Source of the DNA: a virus
Lineage: Duplodnaviria; Caudoviricetes
Virus record (IMG/VR): IMGVR_UViG_3300016667_000797
Coordinates: 14,374-78,373 of that record
Length of the DNA: 64,000 nt
Strand: one strand, 5' to 3'
In this document: piece by piece, positions 9,866-17,823 of the stretch
Numbering within the stretch: the stretch's first letter is position 1
How the letters are laid out: every line of letters starts with the position of its first letter
Position numbers and translations under genes: made by a program
Notes under the pieces: model-generated
The model's input: only the letters and a program-made list of their open reading frames with translations
The model's database searches: none
Told to the model about the DNA's origin: nothing

Positions 9866-10426
9866 ATGATTACCGAACGTATGCTGCTCGACGAGCAGGA
9901 GCACTGGCGAACCTATTACCGTAACGCTTATCCGGTAAATCCGTTGTCTCATGACCCGTACGCGTCTCCTGAATCCGACCCGGTACAGAACGCAATCTAC
10001 AGTGAGCTGGGCGATCGCATTTGCCAGGCTTACCTGCGATTTGATTTGCTGGACCGTAAGATAGCTCAAGGTCATCTGTGCGACGGCTTGAGCTATGACA
10101 CGCTTACAGCGAAGTACGGCGTATCGAAAGAGTACATCCAGGTCATGCTGCATGACTTGCACGACCAAATTCACCAGATGCGTGGGTTTGGTCTGTATGT
10201 CGTCTCAATCTCCGAGTGGTTTCCCTCGCTAAGAGGTTATTACGCACTGGTAATGGAGGAACACACAGATGATCGCGGGCGAAACAAGGCGTACCGTTGT
10301 ACCTCTGACGCCCGAACAGCAGGCGCTCGTGTCACAAAACATGAGGCTGGTACCATGGTTCATGAAGCTCCATGGAATACCATTCGGGATGAGTTATTCC
10401 GATTACATGAGCTGCCTGTATCTTGA
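9866..10426 (+). CDS. Sigma-70 region-4-like HTH protein
   Basis: DPVQNAIYSELGDRI...DRKIAQGHLCDGLSYDTLTAKYGVSKEYIQ resembles sigma region 4; 3' end overlaps the next ORF and may be spurious. Confidence 0.45.
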   Translation: MITERMLLDEQEHWRTYYRNAYPVNPLSHDPYASPESDPVQNAIYSELGDRICQAYLRFDLLDRKIAQGHLCDGLSYDTLTAKYGVSKEYIQVMLHDLHDQIHQMRGFGLYVVSISEWFPSLRGYYALVMEEHTDDRGRNKAYRCTSDARTAGARVTKHEAGTMVHEAPWNTIRDELFRLHELPVS

Positions 10427-11102
10427 AATGTGCATAGTGACGCCCAAGCACGATGCCACTTTGGGCCGTTACAGCACTTTTATCATTGCCTGCCTCTGGC
10501 GCGCCCGCTGGCGTATCTTACGCAAGCTGGAGGCGCGACCGCGACCAGAGTCGTTGGATGCACATCTGGACGACCTGCTTCCCGGCGAAATGGATCAAGC
10601 TCTGGTAACGCCCGCGGTGGATTACTTGAGCAAAGTCTGTGATGCCGAGTTCTTGATCAACATCCGGTCGCTTGTCCGCGAACGTCACTGGAAGTTCTTC
10701 TGGGCTTACTATGCCGAAGACAAAACGCTCCAAGAAATTGGCGATATGCACAGGCTAACCCGAGAACGCATTCGCCAACTGGCAACAAAAACATTCGAGC
10801 GGGCCCAACACTGGGGTTATCTGTTCGAAACCTACGGCATATTGGCCTTGAGTACGATCAAGCGCAAACGTACCAGCCAAACCAAACAACCTAAACCTAC
10901 CAAAACGCAGGTGCTGGACGAACCTGATCAACCCACAAAGAAACCTAGGCAAATGCACATCTGGGCCGACTATGCGGCCAGTGAGCTGAAACCTCAAACG
11001 GAGGAATCCAAACATGAGTGCTACATCGACACAAGCGTCCACCAGCGCCGCTTTAGAATCGCTGGAACAGTGCCTGTACGGACACATCAGCAACGTCGCT
11101 GA
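10269..11102 (+). CDS. Sigma-70-family RNA polymerase sigma factor-like protein
   Basis: LTPEQQALVSQNMRLV...GRYSTFIIAC (region 2) and KTLQEIGDMHRLTRERIRQL (region 4.2); exact start uncertain. Confidence 0.75.
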   Translation: MIAGETRRTVVPLTPEQQALVSQNMRLVPWFMKLHGIPFGMSYSDYMSCLYLEMCIVTPKHDATLGRYSTFIIACLWRARWRILRKLEARPRPESLDAHLDDLLPGEMDQALVTPAVDYLSKVCDAEFLINIRSLVRERHWKFFWAYYAEDKTLQEIGDMHRLTRERIRQLATKTFERAQHWGYLFETYGILALSTIKRKRTSQTKQPKPTKTQVLDEPDQPTKKPRQMHIWADYAASELKPQTEESKHECYIDTSVHQRRFRIAGTVPVRTHQQRR

Positions 11103-11688
11103 TCGTTGGCGCTGGAGGCTCTACCTGACCGAGCAGGGCAGTATGCGCCTGGCCTCGATCGCGGGCTACATTCAAGCCCTGATACATGCCAGACAGGAAG
11201 AGTTTGCCGAGAAGATGTGGGCGGACTTGCAGGACAAACTGGACTGGCTGACACAACATGAGCAGCGGGTCGAGTATCCGGTGGCCGAAGGTGTGTCGCT
11301 CCAGATACCAGCACGCAAGGTCATCCTCTCCGACGATGGCACGCTGCATGGCTTCGGCTTTCAGATCTACCGACCAGTGGACTGGCAGGTTTACAGCGAT
11401 GCGCTGACCCGTCACGAGGCTGCAATTGAGGAAGAGCGAAAGCAAGGCAAAACAACCTACGACACCGCCCACAAACGCGCTGTCCAGGAATTGCGAATCC
11501 GCGAGACTATGGACAGCTCGGCACCCCACTCGTCCGAGTTGAGCGAGCGGCGTTACGCCAACGATCGGTTCTACATGATTCACTACGTGCCCTGGTATTA
11601 CGGCGGCCTGATCTATCACGGACCAGGCGCCGGGCAGACGTTTACGGTGTCGCTTGACACCCGTCACTTCTGGGGCATTCATACCTGA
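11014..11688 (+). CDS. Hypothetical protein
   Basis: GGAGG RBS; C-term WYYGGLIYHG...WGIHT. Confidence 0.7.
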   Translation: MSATSTQASTSAALESLEQCLYGHISNVADRWRWRLYLTEQGSMRLASIAGYIQALIHARQEEFAEKMWADLQDKLDWLTQHEQRVEYPVAEGVSLQIPARKVILSDDGTLHGFGFQIYRPVDWQVYSDALTRHEAAIEEERKQGKTTYDTAHKRAVQELRIRETMDSSAPHSSELSERRYANDRFYMIHYVPWYYGGLIYHGPGAGQTFTVSLDTRHFWGIHT

Positions 11689-11715
11689 TCTTGGAATAGC
11701 AACCTGAATAACTCG

Positions 11716-11740
11716 CCCGCCAGGCAACTGGCGGGTTTTT
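11716..11740 (+). terminator. Intrinsic terminator
   Basis: CCCGCCAG-GCAA-CTGGCGGG then TTTTT. Confidence 0.85.
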
Positions 11741-11776
11741 CTTTGTCCCGATTCAACTCGTGAATAGGAATTGACC

Positions 11777-12253
11777 ATGGGTTACACCCACTACTTCAGT
11801 ACCAAGAAGGGCAGACGGCTGAACCCTTATCTCTGGAAGCAGGCGTTTGTGCCGCTGGTCCGCAAGATCTTCGCCTTGGCAGAAGAGTGCGGCATTGAGT
11901 TGCAACAAACCTGCAGTGAAGGCATCACCAGCTATACGCCCGAGCGACTGGTACCACTGGCGACCAACACCCAGGTTCGGTTCAACGGCAAAGAGTCCTG
12001 CGAAGACTTTCTGCTGTTCCTCGACACCCTGCTGCGCAACAGCAGTTGGTTCTGCAAGACAAACCGGCTACCGTACGACACTGTCGTCGTGGCCGTACTG
12101 ATCGCCGCGGAGCATGTCTTCGGCGCCAACTTCGAATGGAGCAGCGACGGGACTGACGACGACCACGCAGCCGGGCGAGCGCTTTGCGACGCGGCCATGC
12201 AGCGTCTCACGTTCCCCCGACGCAAACACAAACCGCTAAAACTTGACGTGTAA
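11777..12253 (+). CDS. Conserved phage hypothetical protein
   Basis: MGYTHYF...FCKTNRLPYD pattern common in phage proteins (from memory). Confidence 0.7.
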   Translation: MGYTHYFSTKKGRRLNPYLWKQAFVPLVRKIFALAEECGIELQQTCSEGITSYTPERLVPLATNTQVRFNGKESCEDFLLFLDTLLRNSSWFCKTNRLPYDTVVVAVLIAAEHVFGANFEWSSDGTDDDHAAGRALCDAAMQRLTFPRRKHKPLKLDV

Positions 12254-12305
12254 GCCTTCCACGCCGCGCGCAGCTTGTTATTATGCTTGACATACACAGG
12301 CTCGC

Positions 12306-12635
12306 ATGGTGGGAGAACACGCAGGCATGGAAATGCACGGAGGCCCTGAACGGCGCAAGAGGCGCTGCAAGCCCGAACCTTACTGGGTGAAGTTCTTCAC
12401 TGAGGAAGATCGGGAAAAGAAAAGGGTCGCGCACTGGAACACCGTGTCGCTGGCCGATGTCGGCATTCCGGTCCGGCTGGCCAACACGCTTGAGCAATAT
12501 GGCATCCTTACAGTCGGCGATCTGACCAGGCTCACGCTTGCCGACCTGGAAGAGATACCCAACCTGGGTGAGATCACCCGGGTCAGGTGCAGCCAACTCT
12601 TGGACCAGCTCAAGCTGCCCAACCACCTAAAATGA
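12306..12635 (+). CDS. Stand-alone RNA polymerase alpha-CTD-like protein
   Basis: SLADVGIPVRLANTLEQYGILTVGDLTRLTLADLEEIPNLGEIT matches the alpha-CTD HhH pattern. Confidence 0.75.
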   Translation: MVGEHAGMEMHGGPERRKRRCKPEPYWVKFFTEEDREKKRVAHWNTVSLADVGIPVRLANTLEQYGILTVGDLTRLTLADLEEIPNLGEITRVRCSQLLDQLKLPNHLK

Positions 12636-12641
12636 GTAGAT

Positions 12642-12718
12642 GTAACGCATAAAAATATTATGCGTATCTTCTCCTATGGAGAAGATGTAAAACAAGCGTG
12701 CCATATGGCACGCTTGTT
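12642..12718. repeat. Left arm of long inverted repeat; three consecutive hairpins
   Basis: Stems at 12645-12666, 12666-12686 and a perfect 28-bp palindrome at 12691-12718; 12664-12696 is the exact reverse complement of 13126-13158. Confidence 0.9.
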
Positions 12719-12752
12719 GGCTTTACAGGTTGAATAGAAAAAGGAGTTGCGG

Positions 12753-12986
12753 ATGTATCTGCGTGTCGTCAGTGATTTCGTCAAAAACCAGTACGGGAGC
12801 TCGTATCCTGTAGCCAACATCCAGGTCATCAATGGAGATACCGGAGATCTGGTTGCAGATGTCTGTGTAGAGATCTATTACTGCGATAAACCTCGGGTGA
12901 TCCTAACACCGGCTATAGAGCTTCGGGAAAGTGAAGAGGCTACCCTCGCTATAGACCTGGTCACAGGGGAGAATATCCCCCTGTAG
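12753..12986 (+). CDS. Hypothetical protein enclosed by the inverted repeat
   Basis: AAGGAG RBS, 77 aa from ATG 12753. Confidence 0.55.
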   Translation: MYLRVVSDFVKNQYGSSYPVANIQVINGDTGDLVADVCVEIYYCDKPRVILTPAIELRESEEATLAIDLVTGENIPL

Positions 12987-13108
12987 AGGTAAACTATAGT
13001 TGTCGTAGGGCGGAAGACCTGCTTCTCCATTCGTGAACAGGTACTTGCCGCCCTTCCCTCTACCTGAGTCTCTATCGGCATTTTTTCTATACTAAACCCT
13101 GCTAAAAC

Positions 13109-13180
13109 AACAAGGCGTCAAACGCCTTGTTTTACATCTTCTCCATAGGAGAAGATACTCATAAAAATATTATGAGTTAC
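13109..13180. repeat. Right arm of long inverted repeat; three consecutive hairpins
   Basis: Stems at 13109-13131, 13136-13156 and 13157-13177; 13126-13180 matches the reverse complement of 12642-12696 at 50/55 positions. Confidence 0.9.
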
Positions 13181-13296
13181 GGTAAACTTGTAAATTTATA
13201 TGGTGTAGTGACTTATTGCAATTTTGTTGCTCATGCCATAATTTGCGGTAAATTACCTGCTGCACCCTTCTCTGCCGGACAAACTCGGAGGTTACT

Positions 13297-14181
13297 ATGG
13301 ATCCAAATCCGGATTTGAGTGAGGCCCTGTTTGCCTCTGCCTCGGTCGTTCCGAGGCTATCTGCTGTTACCGATAGTCTCGGACTTCGCCTGCTTCGAGC
13401 CTGCGTGTTACGTCCCTACTGTCAAGCTGGCGGCGCAACCGACGTGACGCAGGCGAGTTGGCTGCAACAGCAGCTTCGACAACAGTTCTTCCGCCTGATG
13501 CGTCAATACCCTGAAGCTCGGTTGCGATACACGTATCAGATGAACTGCCCTCCGGTTGGCCTTCGCATGCGACCTCAATCTCGCGTGTGCAACCATCCGG
13601 TTGTTTGTCCTTGGTGTCTGATCCGCAGACGAGCTCAACCTGCTTATGAGGAACTGATCAACGTACCAACGCTGGTTCGCGAGCCGCTTAAAGTTCTACT
13701 TTGGCGGCGAGTGGGTCCATTGAATTCGCGGTTCATCTTTTTTCCGGTTTACCAGGGGCCGCACACGTTGTGTCGGTCCGCCACCACAATTCAGCTGGGT
13801 ACCCCAGTGGGAGAGGCTGAGCACCAGTTGAGCATGCGCGTGACGGGTATCCAACTGGTTCCGAAGGACTTTGATGTAAAATCGGTATTGAGTTGTCCCA
13901 GCATACAACCCAAGCTGACGTTGAAGGAGTATCCCGACGCGGCGGATACCACGATATTTGACGCCGTGGTCCAGGCCTGCGCGTACGACTGTCGCGTCCC
14001 GCTGGCCGAAGCCAATCTTGCTACGTTCCATACACTGGCTCATTACCACAACACCCACGCCAAGACCCGGCTGTACCGGGTCAGCAAATACAAACCCCAA
14101 GGAGATCTTGATGGACATCAGCAGCCCACCGTATCCGAAGAACAACACCAGTCCTCAGCTGCTCTATCGCTATTTGACTGA
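13297..14181 (+). CDS. Hypothetical protein with Cys cluster
   Basis: GGAGG RBS; CNHPVVCPWC. Confidence 0.65.
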   Translation: MDPNPDLSEALFASASVVPRLSAVTDSLGLRLLRACVLRPYCQAGGATDVTQASWLQQQLRQQFFRLMRQYPEARLRYTYQMNCPPVGLRMRPQSRVCNHPVVCPWCLIRRRAQPAYEELINVPTLVREPLKVLLWRRVGPLNSRFIFFPVYQGPHTLCRSATTIQLGTPVGEAEHQLSMRVTGIQLVPKDFDVKSVLSCPSIQPKLTLKEYPDAADTTIFDAVVQACAYDCRVPLAEANLATFHTLAHYHNTHAKTRLYRVSKYKPQGDLDGHQQPTVSEEQHQSSAALSLFD

Positions 14182-14656
14182 ACTGTATGACTGGGCGGCC
14201 GAACAACGCGACTGGGCTAATGCGGAGGCCGAGCGCCTGGGTGCTCCGGAATCCCCGTTTGTACCTCCGCTAGGTCGTCGACCTGCCTCCGATCAGCTGG
14301 AGCGGTTTCTAAACCTGGCCGTGCCGGACATGTACGCCTCATGGCAAGCGCTTCGGTTTATTCGCGAGCGGCATGATGAGGTTGTGCGCAACTACGAACT
14401 GCAAGAAGAGTGGGATTCCAATCCTGCCATCTATCACCGCATCAACCTGGTCAAGGGTGCGTTGGTAATCCTGGACAATGCGTTTCTTGCCTACGAGCAG
14501 CGCGAAGCTCGCACGGCCACCGCCATTGACCAGAAAAAGAAAGAGATCATGGAACTGCTCAAGACCGTTTTCAAAGACGGCAAGATCAAGTTCTTGGACA
14601 CCGAAGAGGTTGAAAAGCTCGGCTTAGACAACCTGTTTGACGAAGATGATGAGTGA
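14111..14656 (+). CDS. Hypothetical protein
   Basis: AAGGAG RBS before ATG 14111. Confidence 0.65.
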   Translation: MDISSPPYPKNNTSPQLLYRYLTELYDWAAEQRDWANAEAERLGAPESPFVPPLGRRPASDQLERFLNLAVPDMYASWQALRFIRERHDEVVRNYELQEEWDSNPAIYHRINLVKGALVILDNAFLAYEQREARTATAIDQKKKEIMELLKTVFKDGKIKFLDTEEVEKLGLDNLFDEDDE

Positions 14657-14898
14657 GTTTCACAACTATTTGGCATTTAAGGACTTCTAAAAAATCCAAA
14701 ACGGATTTGTCAGAAGTCCTTATGCCTTAAATAGTTATTTTGTTCATTGCAACTAAATACGACGTAACGACTTATGGCGCTGCAGAAAAGCTAAACGCCA
14801 TAAATCGTTATAAACTTAAAGTTTGTGGCGCTGACTTGTGTCAGAGCTACGTAATCCTACTACACAGCATAGGTTGCGGAAACCCTAAGGAGAATCTC

Positions 14899-15615
14899 AT
14901 GCCCAATCATTGTGAATGTCGGTTGACGATCGGTGGTCGCGAGTCGGCAGTCCGTAAGGTGCTGAGCCGAATCAAGTCGACCAACGAGAAGGATGAAGTC
15001 ACGCATTTTGACTGCAATCAGATCATCCCCATGCCCGAGTCGCTGGAGGGGACAAGTGCCGGTCCGTGCGAGCAGACGCATGAGGCATTGTTTGGTCAGA
15101 TCACAGACGCCACGCATTTTACAGAAGACCACGACTACGTCTCGGACGCGCTGATCGGTGAGTACCGATTTGAAAACATTCGGGCGTTGAATCATTACGT
15201 GACTCGATTCAACATCATCCGCTCTGACATGTCTGACGAAGCTCGGATCAGTCAGGTGCGAGCCTGCGAAGAACAGGCCAAGCGCTACGAGTACAACATA
15301 CAGACGTACGGGTGCCGTACCTGGTACGACTGGGCGATTGAAAACTGGGGTACTAAGTGGGGTGCCTATGATGTTTGCGTACCGGAAATCAAGCCACTGT
15401 CCAAGGCGGGATGTATCCGGGCCAGTATCCGGTTTGATTCGGCCTGGGGTCCGCCGGAGCCGGTGATTCGTCGGATGATCGAGATGTTCCCCAAGTGCCG
15501 GGTTACGCTCCGCTACTGGGAGGGCGGCGCTGGATTTCAGGGCAAAATCTCCGGATACAAGGGCAAAGTGACGGAAGAATATTTGCATGAATATCATGGC
15601 CGTCGAGGGGGTTGA
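14899..15615 (+). CDS. DUF1281/YubB ferredoxin-like family protein
   Basis: MPNHC start; WYDWAIENWGTKW and FDSAWGPP motifs; AAGGAG RBS. Confidence 0.75.
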   Translation: MPNHCECRLTIGGRESAVRKVLSRIKSTNEKDEVTHFDCNQIIPMPESLEGTSAGPCEQTHEALFGQITDATHFTEDHDYVSDALIGEYRFENIRALNHYVTRFNIIRSDMSDEARISQVRACEEQAKRYEYNIQTYGCRTWYDWAIENWGTKWGAYDVCVPEIKPLSKAGCIRASIRFDSAWGPPEPVIRRMIEMFPKCRVTLRYWEGGAGFQGKISGYKGKVTEEYLHEYHGRRGG

Positions 15616-15640
15616 CTGGGTGATTAGACTACATTATAGT
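15612..15640 (+). promoter_or_regulatory. Sigma70-type promoter candidate
   Basis: TTGACT-17 nt-TATAGT in an AT-richer intergenic region upstream of 15729. Confidence 0.6.
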
Positions 15641-15728
15641 TCTACTCATCAGGATCAGTTGCTGGTCATGAGCCGCAGGCGGTCTGCGGCTTTGGCAGCT
15701 AATACACAAGATAAGAAGGAGAAACATT

Positions 15729-16082
15729 GTGGTGAAGTTAGCGCAAAAACCGGTTTTTAAGGCCAAAGACAAGGCCTTGCAGCGATTCGAGAACCTGCTG
15801 GTGTCGATCACTGGTCAGGTTCAAAGCGTTGATCGCCACGCTAAGGGTCATTTGTTCTTTGTCCTGAGCGACGCTCAGGTCACGGTGACAGGTCACGGTC
15901 CTGTGGATGATGTGAACTACATGCACCTCGGTTTGTTTGAATGGCAAACCTGGTTGAATCCGTCCATTGTGAAGGTCGGCGCAAAGCTGACTGCGACGGG
16001 TCTGGTTGAGCATTACCGTCGTCGTTCTAATGGCGAGGCGGGTTATGGAATCAGACGCATCATGGAACTACACCCGGGTTGA
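15729..16082 (+). CDS. Hypothetical protein, possible OB-fold
   Basis: AAGGAG RBS; VSITGQV...GHLFFVLSD...KVGAKLTATGLVEHY is OB-fold-like. Confidence 0.5.
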   Translation: MVKLAQKPVFKAKDKALQRFENLLVSITGQVQSVDRHAKGHLFFVLSDAQVTVTGHGPVDDVNYMHLGLFEWQTWLNPSIVKVGAKLTATGLVEHYRRRSNGEAGYGIRRIMELHPG

Positions 16083-16181
16083 TCCTGGGTTGTTGGGTTG
16101 AAGTCGATAGGTACAGCTCACGCTAAAGAAGATTGTGTTGATCTTTTTGGCGTGAGCACAACGAAGGAAGCGATTAGGAAC

Positions 16182-16790
16182 ATGGCAATTGCTACAGAAA
16201 CCAAGGTTCGGTTGGAAATCAAAGGCATTCGTCCGCTGTTGATGCACTCAGCCCGGGCTTGCGATCCGCTTTCCGAAGAAGCGAAAGCGATGAAGCGGCT
16301 GACATCCATTCGTAAGAAGTCCGAAGAAGATATTCGGGCAATCTGCAAAGCCGACTGGGCTGCTGCTTTCTATTCGGACGAAAAAGGTCGCCCGATTGTT
16401 CCTGGCGATGTCATGCTTGGTGCGCTCATCGCCGGAGCCAAGAAGTTGAAGCTCGGCCCGCAAGCCAAGGCCGGGATCATCGCGGTTGACGACTCGATCG
16501 TACTCAATCACGGACACCCTGCGGGCGAGTCTGCCACCGCGCTGGATTTCTGGAATGATGGTGTCGGTCCTTACGTCGACGCACGTGCTGTCAAGGTTCA
16601 GCAAGCTCGGTTGATCCGTTACCGCCCGCGGTTCAACTTCTGGACAATCAAGCCGGTTGTCTGGCTCTCTGACGAGGTGGACAAGGACATGCTTGAAAAC
16701 ATCGCCGAGACCGCTGGACGTCTTTGCGGCTTGGGTGATTTCCGACCCAGGTTTGGCGGGTTCGTCGTCGAACGTGTCACCGTGCTTTAA
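16182..16790 (+). CDS. RAMP/Cas7-like protein (Vipr-like candidate), 202 aa
   Basis: N-terminal strand VRLEIKGIRPLLMH; C-terminal Gly-rich loop AGRLCGLGDFRPRFGGFVV typical of RAMP folds; array starts 28 nt after the stop. Confidence 0.75.
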   Translation: MAIATETKVRLEIKGIRPLLMHSARACDPLSEEAKAMKRLTSIRKKSEEDIRAICKADWAAAFYSDEKGRPIVPGDVMLGALIAGAKKLKLGPQAKAGIIAVDDSIVLNHGHPAGESATALDFWNDGVGPYVDARAVKVQQARLIRYRPRFNFWTIKPVVWLSDEVDKDMLENIAETAGRLCGLGDFRPRFGGFVVERVTVL

Positions 16791-16814
16791 TCCTGTCAAC
16801 GCCTGACCAAACGT

Positions 16815-17793
16815 CTAGTTTAGGCTTGATATGTTAGGGCGCGGTTGGGTTTGCTACGGCGGGGTATGGTTGGGTATGGTGAGGCTCGGGCCGCAAGGCT
16901 AGTTTTGGCGAGGTACGGTTCGGCTGGGCGAGGCAAGGTCTGGCGAGGTCTGGTAATGCCTGGGCCGCAAGGCTAGTTGGGTGTGGTTGGACGCGGCGAG
17001 GTAGCGCCTGGTGTGGTGGGGCTTGGCAGGGCTCGACGTGGGCCGCAAGGCTAGCGAGGTTTGCTCTGGTTGGGCAGGGTCCGGTCTGTCAGGGTCCGGT
17101 CTGACAGGGGCCGAGAGGCTAGTTCAGGTTAGGCGAGCTAAGGTGAGGTGCGTCAAGGCGATGTCTGGCGGGGTCTGGTTGGGGCCGTAAGGCTAGTAAG
17201 GCCTGCCGTGGTGTGCAAAGGTAAGGCACGGTACGGCGTAGCAAGGTCAGGGCCGGAAGGCTAGTTTGGCAAGGCGTGGTGAGGCCTGTTCTAGGCTGGG
17301 CAGGGCAGGGGCCGCAAGGCTAGCATGGTGTGGTAAGGCACGGACTGGTCTGGTACGGTGAGGACAGGTGAGGACAGGCAAGGTCTGGGCCGTAAGGCTA
17401 GTTACGGTGTGACCTGGTTGGGTGAGGTATGGTAATGCGAGGCGCGGTTAGGCTGGGTCAGGCTTGGGCCGCAAGGCTAGTCCGGTGAGCCATGGTAAGG
17501 TCGGGTTTGGCAAGGTCGGGTATGGTGTGTCAAGGGCCGAAAGGCTAGTTTTGGTATGCCCTGCCAAGGTAAGCCACGGCAAGGTGCGGTTTGGAACGGT
17601 TTGGGCCACAAGGCTAGCAAGGCTGGGTGTGGCGTGGCGTGGCGAGGTATGTCGAGGTCTCGTCAGGCGCGGTCCGGTCTGGTTAGGGCCGCAAGGCTAG
17701 TACGGTTTGCCGTGGCGGGGTACGGTTTGCCATGGCGGGGTTCGGTCTGCCGTGGCGGGGTCAGGTTCGGTGAGGCAAGGGCCGCAAGGCTAG
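16815..17793 (+). repeat. Non-coding array of 13 units: (GGY-NN)8-15 tracts separated by a 15-nt repeat GGGCC-GNRA-GGCTAG (candidate guide-RNA array)
   Basis: Repeats start at 16888, 16962, 17040, 17108, 17182, 17250, 17309, 17387, 17466, 17534, 17603, 17686, 17779; tracts are 3 or 4 + 5n nt (one has 1 extra base); 114 of 147 pentamers begin GGY by hand count. Confidence 0.95.
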
Positions 17794-17823
17794 AGTTCAC
17801 ACAAACCATTTACAGAGGAAAAC

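Noticed and set aside
14740-14898. N-terminal extension of the DUF1281-like ORF from 14740
   Set aside because: AT-rich hairpin region; a good RBS and the typical MPNHC start lie at 14899.
16815-17793. Canonical CRISPR array
   Set aside because: Repeats are only 15 nt, the spacers are internally periodic and of variable 5n length, and no cas1/cas2/cas6 genes are seen.
16815-17793. Simple satellite or G-quadruplex tract as full explanation
   Set aside because: G4 formation is possible, but it does not explain free NN positions, unit punctuation by GNRA hairpins or linkage to a RAMP-like gene.
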